Assembly (NCBI GenBank): GCA_964384345.1
Contig: CAYLKD010000002.1
Span: 45,518 to 109,517 of the forward strand
DNA: 64,000 bases
Direction of reading: 5' to 3'
From: an uncultured Candidatus Saccharibacteria bacterium
Lineage (GTDB): Bacteria; Patescibacteriota; Saccharimonadia; Saccharimonadales; Saccharimonadaceae
Below are positions 37,050 to 47,854 of the stretch, in pieces. The notes under the pieces are model-generated. The model did no database searches, had not been told where the DNA came from, and saw nothing but the letters and a program-made list of their open reading frames with translations. Made by a program: the position numbers and the translations under genes. How positions within the stretch are numbered: the first letter of the stretch is position 1; the number at the start of each line of letters is the position of its first letter.

Positions 37050-38044
37050 GTGATTACGCATTAAACCCACATTACGCAGCAGATGATGTGGCAAAGGAAC
37101 CTATCCGCGCAGGATTTGGTAGAGGCCTGCGTGCTGCAGGTGAAGTAAATGATCAAATCGTTGCATTATGTGCTGACCTAACAGACAGTACCCAAATGAG
37201 CTTATTTAAAGAAAAGTTTCCGAATCGCTTTGTTGAAATAGGTGTTGCTGAGCAAAATCTTGTCACCGTAGCGAGTGGAATGGCGCGCATGGGTAAGATT
37301 CCTTTCACATCGAGCTATGCGGCTTTTAGCCCTGGCCGAAATTGGGAACAAATTCGCACGACTATATGCCTTAACGATCAACCAGTGAAAATCGTTGGCT
37401 CGCATGCAGGAACATCTGTCGGTCCAGACGGTGCAACACATCAGATGCTCGAAGATATTGCTTTGATGCGCGTGCTACCAAATATGGTGGTGATCGCTCC
37501 TGGTGACGCTATTGAGGCTGAAAAGGTAACTCGCGCTATTGCTGAAAATGGCAAACCGACCTATTTGCGACTTGCACGCGAGAAAACCCCAATCTACAGC
37601 ACTGAACATTCACCATTTGAAATTGGTAAAGCATATATACTGCGTTCCGGCAGCGATGTCAGTTTACTCGGAACGGGTGCTATGACATATCAACTGCTCA
37701 TGCTATCGCGCATCCTGGAAGAAAAAGGGATCAGCGCAGAGGTTGTCCATGTGCCGACCATTAAGCCAATCGATGAGCAAACCATACTCGATAGCGTACG
37801 TCGAACTGGTCGAGTCGTTACGGCCGAGGAAGCGCAAATAGCTGGTGGTTTCGGTGGTGCTATCGCCGAATTATTATCAGAAAAATTGCCAGCTCCACTC
37901 AAACGTCTCGGCATTCATGACCGCTTTGGTGAATCAGGGACACCAGATGAGCTTGCTGACTTCTTCAAACTCACCGCAATAACGATGCAAGACGAAGTTG
38001 AACAATTTATCAATCACGTGCCGCAATACCGACCGGGATATTAA
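37046..38044 (+). CDS. Transketolase, C-terminal (pyrimidine-binding) subunit
   Basis: It has an ATGA overlap with the N-terminal subunit. EIGVAEQNLV and GPDGATHQMLEDIA are present. Confidence 0.9.
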   Translation: MSDYALNPHYAADDVAKEPIRAGFGRGLRAAGEVNDQIVALCADLTDSTQMSLFKEKFPNRFVEIGVAEQNLVTVASGMARMGKIPFTSSYAAFSPGRNWEQIRTTICLNDQPVKIVGSHAGTSVGPDGATHQMLEDIALMRVLPNMVVIAPGDAIEAEKVTRAIAENGKPTYLRLAREKTPIYSTEHSPFEIGKAYILRSGSDVSLLGTGAMTYQLLMLSRILEEKGISAEVVHVPTIKPIDEQTILDSVRRTGRVVTAEEAQIAGGFGGAIAELLSEKLPAPLKRLGIHDRFGESGTPDELADFFKLTAITMQDEVEQFINHVPQYRPGY

Positions 38045-38055
38045 AAAGGAGAACT

Positions 38056-38967
38056 ATGGGACTTACAATTTCACAAATACGAGACAATACTACCCGAGCG
38101 CGTCATCTCATGCAGCGATCGCGAGCACAAGGGTTTGCTGTTGGTGCTTTTAATATTGACAACCAAGAGACGCTGATTGCGGTATGTAAGGCAGCAAAGA
38201 ATCTTAATTCTCCAGTGCTCGTCGAAGTCAGTGACGGCGAAGTTTCCGCAATGGGTCTTGAGAATATTCGAGATCTCGTGGATAACTACAAAGCGCAGTA
38301 TGGCATCGAGATGTACATCAATCTAGATCATAGCCCGTCAGTCGATGACTGTAAGCGAGCGATCGATGCTGGTTACGAATTTATTCACATCGATATTTCA
38401 CAGGCCAATCACGAAGCAACCGAAGAAGAGATCATCGAAAAGACAAAAGAAGTCGTCGAATATGCAAAATTTACCGGGGCACTCGTTGAGAGCGAGCCGC
38501 ACTACTTCGGCGGTAGCTCAAATCTCCACGAAGAAGCTATCGACTACGACGAAATTAAAAAAACGTTTTCGACGCCAAACGGTGCAAAATCATTTATTGA
38601 TGCTACGGGTATCGATACGTTTGCAGCTGCAATCGGTAACTTGCACGGGAAGTATCCTGTACCGAAAGAGCTAGATCTTGAGCTTTTGCAGCAAATTCGT
38701 GACGCCATCGAATGCCAAATTAGCCTGCATGGTGGCTCCGGTACGCCGCTTCATTTCTTTGAAGATGCAGCTAGGATTGGGGTGAGCAAAATCAATATTA
38801 ATAGTGATATGCGGTTCGTCTTTCGAAAGACTCTCGAAAGCGTGCTACACGATAATCCGGACGAATACGCTGTGGTTAAACTGATGCCAACGGTATTTGA
38901 GGCAGTGCAAGTCGTTGTTGAAGAAAAAATCTTAGCATTTGGCAGTAAGGACAAGGCGGTTGTCTAA
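38056..38967 (+). CDS. fba: Class II fructose/ketose-bisphosphate aldolase
   Basis: FNIDN, LDHS, NLHG and SLHGGSG are present, with SD AAAAGGAG. Confidence 0.85.
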   Translation: MGLTISQIRDNTTRARHLMQRSRAQGFAVGAFNIDNQETLIAVCKAAKNLNSPVLVEVSDGEVSAMGLENIRDLVDNYKAQYGIEMYINLDHSPSVDDCKRAIDAGYEFIHIDISQANHEATEEEIIEKTKEVVEYAKFTGALVESEPHYFGGSSNLHEEAIDYDEIKKTFSTPNGAKSFIDATGIDTFAAAIGNLHGKYPVPKELDLELLQQIRDAIECQISLHGGSGTPLHFFEDAARIGVSKININSDMRFVFRKTLESVLHDNPDEYAVVKLMPTVFEAVQVVVEEKILAFGSKDKAVV

Positions 38968-39956
38968 TGTCCGTGCATGAGAATATTAATACTCCTAAGA
39001 TTTTAGCTATAGGTGCTGCCGTTCAAGATGTATTTTTGAGTAATAGTGATGAATTTAAACCCGTAACTGACAAGTCTCTGCATGAACAAGTTATGCAGCT
39101 TGAAATGGGCGGTAAAGCAGATGTTAATAAGATTACCTTCAGTACTGGTGGCGGTGCGACGAATGCTGCCGTAACTTTTGCTCGACAGGGTATCCACGCG
39201 CTCTTTATGGGGACAATAGGCGACGATCCAGCTGGGCGAGCAGTTCTAGATGATCTCGATAAAGAAGGCGTTGATACGACCCATGTTAGTTATTCTGAAA
39301 AATTAAATACTGGTTATTCGGTACTGCTGCTTGCGCCAAATGGTGAACGCACGATCCTGACGTACCGCGGAGCCTCGACACATTACCACCAATTAAACTT
39401 TGACATCGCAGATGTTGATGCGGACTGGCTGTATGTTTCAAGTGTGGCAGGTCAAATGGCTGTGCTCGATAAAATATTCCACCAAGCACGCGAAAAAGGC
39501 ATAAAGATATTCTTTAATCCTGGAAAAGGCGAGCTCAAGGAGACGGCTAAGCTCAAAGCGCTTCTTGAGGATGTCAGCGTGCTATCAGTCAACAAGGAAG
39601 AAATGCAGAGTATCGTCGAGGGACAAAGTATCGAAGAGTTGATCCACCATGGACTCAATTTAGTTGATACGGTTATCGTCAGTGACGGACCAAATGGTGT
39701 GGCTGCTAGTGATGGCAAAACGATCGTCAAAGCCGGCATGTACGAAGACGTCAAAGTTATAGACAGGACCGGAGCTGGTGACGCATTTGGCTCTGGCTTC
39801 TTGTCACAATGGGCGACAGGCAAAAGCTTGAAAGAGTCGATAATATTCGCAAGCGCGAATTCGACATCAGTGGTCGCCAAGATCGGCGCAAAAACTGGCA
39901 TTCTTCATAAAGGTACGAGATTACACGACATGCCGCTGAGCGAAGAGGCACTCTAA
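38967..39956 (+). CDS. PfkB-family carbohydrate kinase
   Basis: GGGATNAAV and the C-terminal signature DRTGAGDAFGSGF are present. It has a TAATG junction with fba. Confidence 0.8.
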   Translation: MSVHENINTPKILAIGAAVQDVFLSNSDEFKPVTDKSLHEQVMQLEMGGKADVNKITFSTGGGATNAAVTFARQGIHALFMGTIGDDPAGRAVLDDLDKEGVDTTHVSYSEKLNTGYSVLLLAPNGERTILTYRGASTHYHQLNFDIADVDADWLYVSSVAGQMAVLDKIFHQAREKGIKIFFNPGKGELKETAKLKALLEDVSVLSVNKEEMQSIVEGQSIEELIHHGLNLVDTVIVSDGPNGVAASDGKTIVKAGMYEDVKVIDRTGAGDAFGSGFLSQWATGKSLKESIIFASANSTSVVAKIGAKTGILHKGTRLHDMPLSEEAL

Positions 39957-41479
39957 TGTCCCATTCGCTCGCTCGACTCCTTGCCAATGATCATCCACTG
40001 TTTACATTTAATCTTCATCAGTTGGAAATCGCCGTTGGTGGTGATGCGGTTGATGTCAAACTACTCGGTGATATCATGCAAAAAGCCCACGCGGTCATGC
40101 GAGATCTCGGTATCGATACAGCTGACACAACGGCAGAAGAGCTCTACCATAGCCTAAACGCACTAGTGCAGTCGGGGAGCGTTGAAGAGATGCTGTCAGA
40201 CACACATTACGTGCTTCTCGAGGTAGCGGGCGAAGTAATTTCATTTTGTGTGTACGACGTTATCGAAAATGCGCATCACAATCTACCATTCGCAGATCGT
40301 AAGCTGGATCACGGGCAGCGGCATCTGCGTGCGGAGATTATTCAGCGGTATGCAGCGCACGATCGAACTGATCACAAAATAGTACATGAGCTCGCCGAGC
40401 AAGCGGGCTTTCATATAAAAGAAGACGGAGATTATAACTATATGGATGACTCAGCACACATAAATCAGCAAGCTGTCGCTACGGATACACAGCCTACAAT
40501 ACTGATGATCGGCGATATTTTTACCGATGCATTTATCGAACTCGATGATTCTTCTGCGCGCGTCGACACTGATGAAGATGGTTCTAAGCGCTTGAGCTTA
40601 CCATTTGGAACCAAACCACCGTATAAAGGAGTAGAAGTTGTCAACAGCGTCGGACCTTCACCGAATGCTGCGGTTTCGACTGCACGTCTCGGTGTTAAAA
40701 CAAGTCTGATGGCTTGGCTCGGTGATGATCAGACTGCGGGAGAAAGCCTCGCATATCTTGCTAATGAAAGTATTGACTCAACCCTGGTCTCACAAAAATC
40801 AGATACAAAGTCAAACTATTACTACGTATTACGACTTGGTGCCGAACGAACAATTCTCGTGAAGAACGAGTCGTATGATTATTCCTGGATTGCTCCGGAG
40901 CAAGCTCCTGACTGGGTATATTTATCCTTAATCAGTGACGCATCGTGGCAGTTGCATGAAGACCTAGTGGCATATCTTGATGCCAATCCTACAACGAAGC
41001 TTGTCTTTCAACCTGGTACGTTTCATTTCAAATGGGGGACCGAAAAGCTTAAGCCTATTTACCAGCACGCCCACCTTGTCGTTATAAATCGGGAAGAAGC
41101 GGTGGATATTACGGGCGGTAGTTACGACGACGTTCCGGGATTGATGGACATGCTTCATGAACTAGGACCAAAAGTAGTTGTCGTAACCGATGGACCTAAT
41201 GGTTCATATGCGTCATATGATGACAAAAAAGTAATCATTCCGAACTACCCTGATCCTGCAAGTCCACTGGATAGAACTGGTGCTGGCGATGCGTTTGCAT
41301 CAACAATCACTGCCGCACTCGCACTCGGTAAGTCTGTCGAAGAAGCATTGACCTGGGCACCCGTCAACAGCGCAAGCGTCGTTCAGCAGCTTGGAGCACA
41401 AGCTGGGTTGTTACGACAAGATGAGCTCAATGAATGGCTATCGCGCGCTCCTGAAGATTACCATACTCGCGATCTCTAG
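39956..41479 (+). CDS. PfkB-family carbohydrate kinase with an unrecognised N-terminal domain of about 175 aa
   Basis: The C-terminal 330 aa form a ribokinase-like fold (ILMIGDIF..., DRTGAGDAFASTI). The N-terminal part has no motif I recognise. It has a TAATG junction with the upstream pfkB. Confidence 0.75.
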   Translation: MSHSLARLLANDHPLFTFNLHQLEIAVGGDAVDVKLLGDIMQKAHAVMRDLGIDTADTTAEELYHSLNALVQSGSVEEMLSDTHYVLLEVAGEVISFCVYDVIENAHHNLPFADRKLDHGQRHLRAEIIQRYAAHDRTDHKIVHELAEQAGFHIKEDGDYNYMDDSAHINQQAVATDTQPTILMIGDIFTDAFIELDDSSARVDTDEDGSKRLSLPFGTKPPYKGVEVVNSVGPSPNAAVSTARLGVKTSLMAWLGDDQTAGESLAYLANESIDSTLVSQKSDTKSNYYYVLRLGAERTILVKNESYDYSWIAPEQAPDWVYLSLISDASWQLHEDLVAYLDANPTTKLVFQPGTFHFKWGTEKLKPIYQHAHLVVINREEAVDITGGSYDDVPGLMDMLHELGPKVVVVTDGPNGSYASYDDKKVIIPNYPDPASPLDRTGAGDAFASTITAALALGKSVEEALTWAPVNSASVVQQLGAQAGLLRQDELNEWLSRAPEDYHTRDL

Positions 41480-42162
41480 TGGTCGCAGTAGGTTTTGTTC
41501 GATTTTACGATACTGACAGCTTCATCGATGCTGTCAGTTATCGTATACAAACTTAAATCGACTTCCGCAATAGTCTTGTGGAGTAGCAAATCATTACGTG
41601 AGAGTTCATCAAAAGCATTCCAAAAATCACTACCAAATAAAATAACTGGTGCTTTATTGGTTTTGCCTGTTTGAATTAACGTCAAAATTTCTGTGAGTTC
41701 ATCCATAGTACCAAAACCACCGGGAAAATAAATATATGCATCAGCATAAAGTGTCATGACAATTTTACGTGGAGCAAAATGAGCAAATGCATAACTCTCG
41801 GTCGTGTAAGGATTCAGTGCCTGCTCATGTGGCAACGCAATATTAAAACCTATAGATGGTCCACCGGCTTCAAGTGCACCTTGATTAGCAGCTTTCATGA
41901 TGCCATTACCGCCGCCGGTCACGACGGTGTAGTCATTTTCGCCTAACCGTTTCGCCAGCATGCGTGCTTGATCATATACTGGACTATCTTCTGGAGTTCG
42001 GGCTGAGCCAAAAATGGTCACTGTTTTGTGATACTTACGCAAAATATTGTAGCCATGCTGGACTTCTTTGTTAATATTCCCTAGCCGTAGCATCGCAGCC
42101 TGAAGCACGATGTCACGAGGGATACACACATTAGGATAGGATTCGTCAGGTTTTGGTTTCAT
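41476..42162 (-). CDS. LOG-family (TIGR00730) nucleotide phosphoribohydrolase
   Basis: VTIFGSAR, VVTGGGNGIM and PGGFGTMDEL are present. Confidence 0.85.
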   Translation of the reverse strand: MKPKPDESYPNVCIPRDIVLQAAMLRLGNINKEVQHGYNILRKYHKTVTIFGSARTPEDSPVYDQARMLAKRLGENDYTVVTGGGNGIMKAANQGALEAGGPSIGFNIALPHEQALNPYTTESYAFAHFAPRKIVMTLYADAYIYFPGGFGTMDELTEILTLIQTGKTNKAPVILFGSDFWNAFDELSRNDLLLHKTIAEVDLSLYTITDSIDEAVSIVKSNKTYCDH

Positions 42163-42312
42163 ACAATATTACTAAAAGTAGTGTAGCAGAAATGACCCGA
42201 AAATGCTTATGATTTAGTAGCTTTGTCGGATTTGAAAGGCATACGACATCACCGTCTTAAAGCCACTACTGCTCGGTACTAGATAAACTATCAATCTTGT
42301 ATACTAGTAAGA

Positions 42313-44286
42313 GTGGATAAATTCAAACTCGCAACACCGTACAAGCCCATGGGAGATCAACCCGCAGCAATTGCACAACTCATTGAGGGGTTAGATAACA
42401 ATGTCCGTGAACAAACGCTGCTCGGTGTGACAGGATCCGGTAAGACATTTACGATGGCGAATATCATTGCCAATCGGAATGTACCGACGCTTGTTTTAGC
42501 TCATAATAAGACGCTGGCTGCACAGTTATATTCAGAATTTAAAGCGTATTTCCCAGATAATGAAGTACACTACTTTGTAAGTTATTTTGATTATTATCAG
42601 CCTGAAGCGTATATCGCATCAAGTGACACATACATCGAAAAAGATTCAGCGATCAATGACGAAATTGATCGTTTGAGACATGCTGCAACGAGTGCCCTAT
42701 TGACACGGCGAGATGTTATTATCGTCGCCTCAGTTAGCTGTATTTATGGAATAGGGTCTCCTGATGCATATTCCGAAATGTCAATCCTTGTCAAAAAAGG
42801 CGAGCGACGACTCGAAGATAAGTTCATTCGGCTCTTAACAGATATTCAGTATCAACGAAATGATATTGATTTTCACCGCGGAACCTTCAGAGTAAAAGGC
42901 GATGTTGTCGATGTCTTTCCGGCCGGTAGTGATGTGGCGTACAGAATAGAGTTTTTCGGTGACGAAGTCGACCGTATAACTCGTATTGATCCATTGACCG
43001 GTGAAATTTTGGGAGAGCCTGATCAAATAACAATTTTCCCTAGTTCTCACTATGCAACACCAAAACAGCAAATGACGGTTGCCATTGAGAAAATAAAACA
43101 AGAGTTTGACGAACGAATGGAATGGTTTGAGAAGCATGACAAACTGCTGGAAGCGCAGCGCCTGGCGCAGCGAACAAAATACGATATTGAGATGCTCGAA
43201 GAAACTGGTTTTGTTAAAGGAATCGAAAATTATTCGAGATATTTAACGAACCGCGAACCCGGCGAACAACCTGCAACACTCATAGATTATTATCCTGACG
43301 ATTGGTTATTACTTGTCGATGAGAGTCACATGACCTTACCGCAAGTACGGGGCATGTATAACGGTGACCGTGCGCGCAAAGAAGTACTGGTCGACCACGG
43401 GTTTCGTATGCCGAGTGCACTCGATAACCGTCCCCTCCGTTTTGAAGAATTTGATCGCCATATCCATAAAGCAATTTATGTATCAGCCACGCCTGGCGAC
43501 TATGAAACGACGCACACGCCAGAGCCGGCTCAACAGGTCATTCGCCCTACCGGTCTACTTGATCCAGTCATTGAAGTACGACCAAGTGAAGGACAAGTTG
43601 ATGATTTGATCGCAGAAATTCGTGATCGCACAGCAAAAAAGCAACGCGTTTTGGTGACAACGCTGACGAAGCGTATGGCTGAAGATCTGAGCCAACATTT
43701 ATTAGATCTGGGAATGAAGACGGCATATATTCACTCAGAAGTCGATACCTTAGAACGAGGTGACATTCTTAGGGATTTGCGTATCGGTATCTACGATGTG
43801 TTGATCGGTATCAATTTACTACGAGAAGGTCTCGATCTTCCCGAAGTGAGTTTAGTGGCAATTATCGACGCCGATAAAGAAGGTTTTTTACGTAGTGAAA
43901 GTGCTCTGATACAAACAATTGGCCGCGCAGCACGCCACGTTGAGGGACGAGTTATAATGTACGGCGATCATGTCACGCGTTCCATGCAGGCGGCTATGGA
44001 TGAAACAAACCGCCGTCGTAGCATTCAAGAAGCCTATAACACCGAGCATGGCATTACACCAACGAGCATCGATAAGGCGATCGGCGAGGGTCTGCGTGCT
44101 ATCATCCCGATGAAAGATGATGACAAAAAGAAGGGCAAAATCGATCTCAAGAAAATTCCAAAAGACGAATACAGTAAATTAGCTAAAGAACTCACGGCTC
44201 AAATGGAACTCGCTAGTGCGAATCTTGAATTTGAAAAAGCCGCAGAACTTCGCGATCTTATTGCCGAGATACGCTCAAAAGGCTAA
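42313..44286 (+). CDS. uvrB: Excinuclease ABC subunit B
   Basis: It has a GTG start. [21 protein letters not shown], helicase motifs and a C-terminal UVR domain are present. Confidence 0.95.
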   Translation: MDKFKLATPYKPMGDQPAAIAQLIEGLDNNVREQTLLGVTGSGKTFTMANIIANRNVPTLVLAHNKTLAAQLYSEFKAYFPDNEVHYFVSYFDYYQPEAYIASSDTYIEKDSAINDEIDRLRHAATSALLTRRDVIIVASVSCIYGIGSPDAYSEMSILVKKGERRLEDKFIRLLTDIQYQRNDIDFHRGTFRVKGDVVDVFPAGSDVAYRIEFFGDEVDRITRIDPLTGEILGEPDQITIFPSSHYATPKQQMTVAIEKIKQEFDERMEWFEKHDKLLEAQRLAQRTKYDIEMLEETGFVKGIENYSRYLTNREPGEQPATLIDYYPDDWLLLVDESHMTLPQVRGMYNGDRARKEVLVDHGFRMPSALDNRPLRFEEFDRHIHKAIYVSATPGDYETTHTPEPAQQVIRPTGLLDPVIEVRPSEGQVDDLIAEIRDRTAKKQRVLVTTLTKRMAEDLSQHLLDLGMKTAYIHSEVDTLERGDILRDLRIGIYDVLIGINLLREGLDLPEVSLVAIIDADKEGFLRSESALIQTIGRAARHVEGRVIMYGDHVTRSMQAAMDETNRRRSIQEAYNTEHGITPTSIDKAIGEGLRAIIPMKDDDKKKGKIDLKKIPKDEYSKLAKELTAQMELASANLEFEKAAELRDLIAEIRSKG

Positions 44287-44295
44287 GATAGATAT

Positions 44296-44583
44296 ATGAC
44301 ACAGTTATCTCGTGAGGACGTGCGAGGTTTAGCTCGTCTCAGTGGCCTCGTAGTATCAGACGATGAAGTAGAACGACTTCGAACTGACATCGGTGCGATT
44401 TTGACCTACGTTAAACAACTTGATGAGCTCGATACCTCAGGCGTGGAGCCAACCTATCAAGTAAATAACCCAACAACTGTCTGGCGATCAGACGTTGTCG
44501 AGGCATCATTATCCGGCGATGCACTTGTTAAAATGGCGCCTGATTCTACACAAAACCAAATTAAAGTACCGAAAGTTTTGTAA
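44296..44583 (+). CDS. gatC: Asp/Glu-tRNA amidotransferase subunit C
   Basis: It is 95 aa, carries LARLSGLVVSDDEVE...IL.YV..L, and precedes gatA. Confidence 0.9.
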   Translation: MTQLSREDVRGLARLSGLVVSDDEVERLRTDIGAILTYVKQLDELDTSGVEPTYQVNNPTTVWRSDVVEASLSGDALVKMAPDSTQNQIKVPKVL

Positions 44584-44586
44584 TTT

Positions 44587-45960
44587 ATGAGTACGATTAG
44601 CGACTACCAAAATAATTCTGCCGTCGAAAATGTTACGCAAGCGATCATGGCTGCAAAATCACATGAGTCTTACAACATACTTATTTCACTTACTGAGGAA
44701 CGCGCATTGGCTAAAGCTAGAGAAATTGATGCCAATCCAAAAAAAGGTAAGCTTGCTGGTATCCCGTTTATTGCTAAAGATAATTTTTTAGCGTTCGGCG
44801 CGTCAACTACAGCAGCCGCAAAATTACTCGAGACATTTGAAGCGCCTTTGCAAGCAGCGGCAATCGAAAAGCTTGAAGCGGAAGGTGCAATTTGCATTGG
44901 AAAATCAAACCTTGACGCGTTTGCACATGGCGGGAGTACTGAAAACTCTTACTTTGGACCAACAAAAAATGCGTACGATCAATCGAAAGTTGCGGGTGGC
45001 AGTAGCGGCGGATCTGCCGTGGCAACGGCTCTTGGCATAGTGCCATTTGCCCTGGGAACTGATACTGGAGGCTCGATACGACAACCAGCAAGCTTCAATG
45101 GTGTGATCGGAGTGAAGCCGACCTATGGTATGGTGAGTCGATTTGGTGTTGTTGCTATGGCAAGCGGAACCGATTGTATCGGTTGTTTTACGTCTACTGC
45201 TGAGGACGCCGAGTTGGTTTGCTCGATCATAGCCGGTAAGGATGCCAAAGACATGACGACGCTTGAAGATTATTTCGTTCCTACAACGATTGAACAGTCG
45301 CTCAAAATCGGTATTATCAAAGAACTTATGACCGACGATGTTGATCAATCTGTGAGAGATGCGGTTGCGGCTTATGCCGATCGTATGCGAGCTGCTGGTC
45401 ATACGGTAGAAGAAGTTAGTTTGCCTATTATAAAGTACAGCTTGGCCATGTATTACATCATTGTTCCGGCCGAAATCAGTAGTAACCTCGCACGCTATGA
45501 TGCCGTTCGCTACGGTACTCGTGCTAAAAATACAAAGACATTGACAGAGCTGTATGGAAAATCCCGTCATGAAGGCTTTATGCCCGAGAATAAACGGCGC
45601 ATCATGATCGGTAGTTATGTACTCTCGAGCGGCTACTACGACGCATATTATGTGCAGGCACAAAAAGCACGTACATTATTGATCAAGGCTTTTAACGAAC
45701 AATTTTCGTCATTTGATGTATTACTCTCTCCAGTGGCACCAACTCCAGCATTTTCACTAGGCAAAAATACCACGGATCCAATAAAAATGTATCTTGAAGA
45801 TGCTATGACTGTACCAGCCAGTCTTGCGGGGCTACCAGCTATCAGCGTCCCAGTCGGTGCAACATCAGAGGGACTTCCAATAGGCGTTCAGCTCATCGCT
45901 AAAGCAAAAAATGATGCGCTACTACTTGCAGTAGCAAAATCACTCGAGGAAAAACTTTAA
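44587..45960 (+). CDS. gatA: Asp/Glu-tRNA amidotransferase subunit A
   Basis: It carries the amidase signature GGSSGGSAVA...GTDTGGSIRQPA. Confidence 0.95.
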   Translation: MSTISDYQNNSAVENVTQAIMAAKSHESYNILISLTEERALAKAREIDANPKKGKLAGIPFIAKDNFLAFGASTTAAAKLLETFEAPLQAAAIEKLEAEGAICIGKSNLDAFAHGGSTENSYFGPTKNAYDQSKVAGGSSGGSAVATALGIVPFALGTDTGGSIRQPASFNGVIGVKPTYGMVSRFGVVAMASGTDCIGCFTSTAEDAELVCSIIAGKDAKDMTTLEDYFVPTTIEQSLKIGIIKELMTDDVDQSVRDAVAAYADRMRAAGHTVEEVSLPIIKYSLAMYYIIVPAEISSNLARYDAVRYGTRAKNTKTLTELYGKSRHEGFMPENKRRIMIGSYVLSSGYYDAYYVQAQKARTLLIKAFNEQFSSFDVLLSPVAPTPAFSLGKNTTDPIKMYLEDAMTVPASLAGLPAISVPVGATSEGLPIGVQLIAKAKNDALLLAVAKSLEEKL

Positions 45961-46379
45961 TGAATATTATTATGCTAGCATTTCTTGTAGCAATATTGCT
46001 CTTCGGGGTAGTTATCATGGTATGCGTGTTGGCTCGAGGAAAAACTACCTCAGTACTCGACGTGCAAAAATTTCGGACCAACTGGATGACGATTGAGCAA
46101 CAACTGCAAAAAGGCAACGAAGCGAGTTATCAATTGTGTGTTTTGAATGCCGATAAGCTGCTCGATTCTGCATTACGCAAACGGGGGTTTAAAGGAGAGA
46201 CAATGGGTGAACGAATGAAATCAGCGTCAAAATCGTGGCAGGATGCAAATGTTGTCTGGGCTTCACACAAGCTGCGTAATCAAATTGCTCATGAAGCTCA
46301 AATAACAATCACATACGATCAGTCACGACGAGCACTCGCAGGTTTTAAGCAAGGGCTGAAAGATCTGGGAGCTATCTAA
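45960..46379 (+). CDS. Hypothetical membrane-anchored protein inserted between gatA and gatB
   Basis: It has an N-terminal TM helix and TAATG overlaps at both ends (45958-45962 and 46377-46381). Confidence 0.6.
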   Translation: MNIIMLAFLVAILLFGVVIMVCVLARGKTTSVLDVQKFRTNWMTIEQQLQKGNEASYQLCVLNADKLLDSALRKRGFKGETMGERMKSASKSWQDANVVWASHKLRNQIAHEAQITITYDQSRRALAGFKQGLKDLGAI

Positions 46380-47809
46380 TGAATGAGTATGAAATGACAA
46401 TCGGTATCGAATGCCACGTACAACTTGCTACGGCAACAAAACTATTTAGTCCAGCCGACAACAATGCGCGGTCGGCCGAACCAAATACAAAAGTCCATGA
46501 AATAGATTTTGGACTACCGGGTATGTTGCCCGTGCTGAATAAAGAAGCTGTCACGCTCGCTGTGAAAGCGGGCAAAGCGCTGAATGCTGAGATCGCAGAA
46601 GTGAGCCGATTTGATCGGAAACATTATTTTTATCCCGACTTACCAAAAGGCTATCAGACGACGCAGCTGTACCAGCCAATTATTATCGGTGGGTATGTGG
46701 AGGCACCACTGGACGATGGAACAGAGGCGAAAATCCGAATTCATCATGCCCACCTCGAAGAGGATGCCGGCAAACTTACTCACTACGGTGATTATTCTCT
46801 GATTGATCTTAACCGAGCTGGCACACCGCTCATTGAAATCGTGTCTGAGCCTGATATTCATTCTGCTGAAGCGGCTCGTGCTTATGCGACCGAGCTGTAT
46901 AGGCTGATGACGTATGCGGGCGTAACATTTGGCGATTTATCTCAAGGAAATATGCGCTTTGACGTCAATCTCTCAGTTGCAAAAAAAGGATCGTCTACGC
47001 TTGGTACCAGAGCTGAAGTTAAGAATCTCAACAGCTTCCGCAGTGTCGAAAAAGCAGCTGAGTACGAATTTTCCCGTCAAGTTGCACTACTCGAGAAAGG
47101 CGAGACTGTCGTTCAGGAAACGCGTGGTTGGAATGATGATACGCAGGTTACAACCAGTCAACGAAGTAAGGAAGATGCACAGGACTATCGCTATATGCCT
47201 GATCCTGACATTCCTCCGATTCTTTTGACTTACGAGGATATAGATGCGATTCAACGATCTGTTCCAAAATTGCCGCATGAATACCGAAGTGAATTTGTCG
47301 ATTTGCATGTCGATAAATCGGTAGTCAACAAATTACTTGCAGTGCAAGACTATGCCCAACTTGTATCATCATTGCTTGTTAGTGGTGAAATGAATGCTGC
47401 GCGTCGTACTGCAAACTGGCTTGCCAGCAATTTAACAACCGAAGAGACTACGGCCAATGCATCGCATCGAGTCGCCAGTGAACGCGATTTGATAGAGCTA
47501 TCTGCTATGACAGATAACGCTGAAATTTCATCGAATGCCGCGAGTGATCTCTTTAACGAGCTTATGAATGGCGGAGCGAACCCGAGGGAATTAGCGTTGC
47601 AAAAGAATCTTTTGCAAGTAAGCGACGAAGGAGCAATTGGCGCAATCGTTGATGAAGTTCTCGCTGATCCTGCAAGTCAAAAAGCTATCAAGGATATTCG
47701 ATCCGGCAACGACAAAGCAATCGGCTTTTTGGTGGGACAGATCATGAAAAAGTCTCAAGGAAAAGCAAATCCTGGCCTTGCTCAAAAATTGATCAGAGAT
47801 CGACTATAA
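46379..47809 (+). CDS. gatB: Asp/Glu-tRNA amidotransferase subunit B
   Basis: IGIECHVQL, DRKHYFYPDLPKGYQ and a C-terminal GatB/YqeY domain are present. Confidence 0.95.
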   Translation: MNEYEMTIGIECHVQLATATKLFSPADNNARSAEPNTKVHEIDFGLPGMLPVLNKEAVTLAVKAGKALNAEIAEVSRFDRKHYFYPDLPKGYQTTQLYQPIIIGGYVEAPLDDGTEAKIRIHHAHLEEDAGKLTHYGDYSLIDLNRAGTPLIEIVSEPDIHSAEAARAYATELYRLMTYAGVTFGDLSQGNMRFDVNLSVAKKGSSTLGTRAEVKNLNSFRSVEKAAEYEFSRQVALLEKGETVVQETRGWNDDTQVTTSQRSKEDAQDYRYMPDPDIPPILLTYEDIDAIQRSVPKLPHEYRSEFVDLHVDKSVVNKLLAVQDYAQLVSSLLVSGEMNAARRTANWLASNLTTEETTANASHRVASERDLIELSAMTDNAEISSNAASDLFNELMNGGANPRELALQKNLLQVSDEGAIGAIVDEVLADPASQKAIKDIRSGNDKAIGFLVGQIMKKSQGKANPGLAQKLIRDRL

Positions 47810-47854
47810 CTAGCACCTGAACATTTTAACTATAAGCTAACGAAGGAGCTCATC

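Noticed and set aside
42163-42312. A LexA/SOS box upstream of uvrB.
   Set aside because: I scanned the 150-nt region for CTGT-N8-ACAG, CGAAC-N4-GTTCG and TCGAAC-N4-GTTCGA type palindromes and found none.
44905-45663. A 252-aa antisense ORF inside gatA. Similar long antisense or off-frame ORFs occur at 13803-14324, 21953-22408, 26167-26646, 28492-28959, 29747-30208 and 39452-39901.
   Set aside because: Each lies wholly within, or opposite, a strongly conserved gene with clear family motifs. None has initiation signals or recognisable domains.
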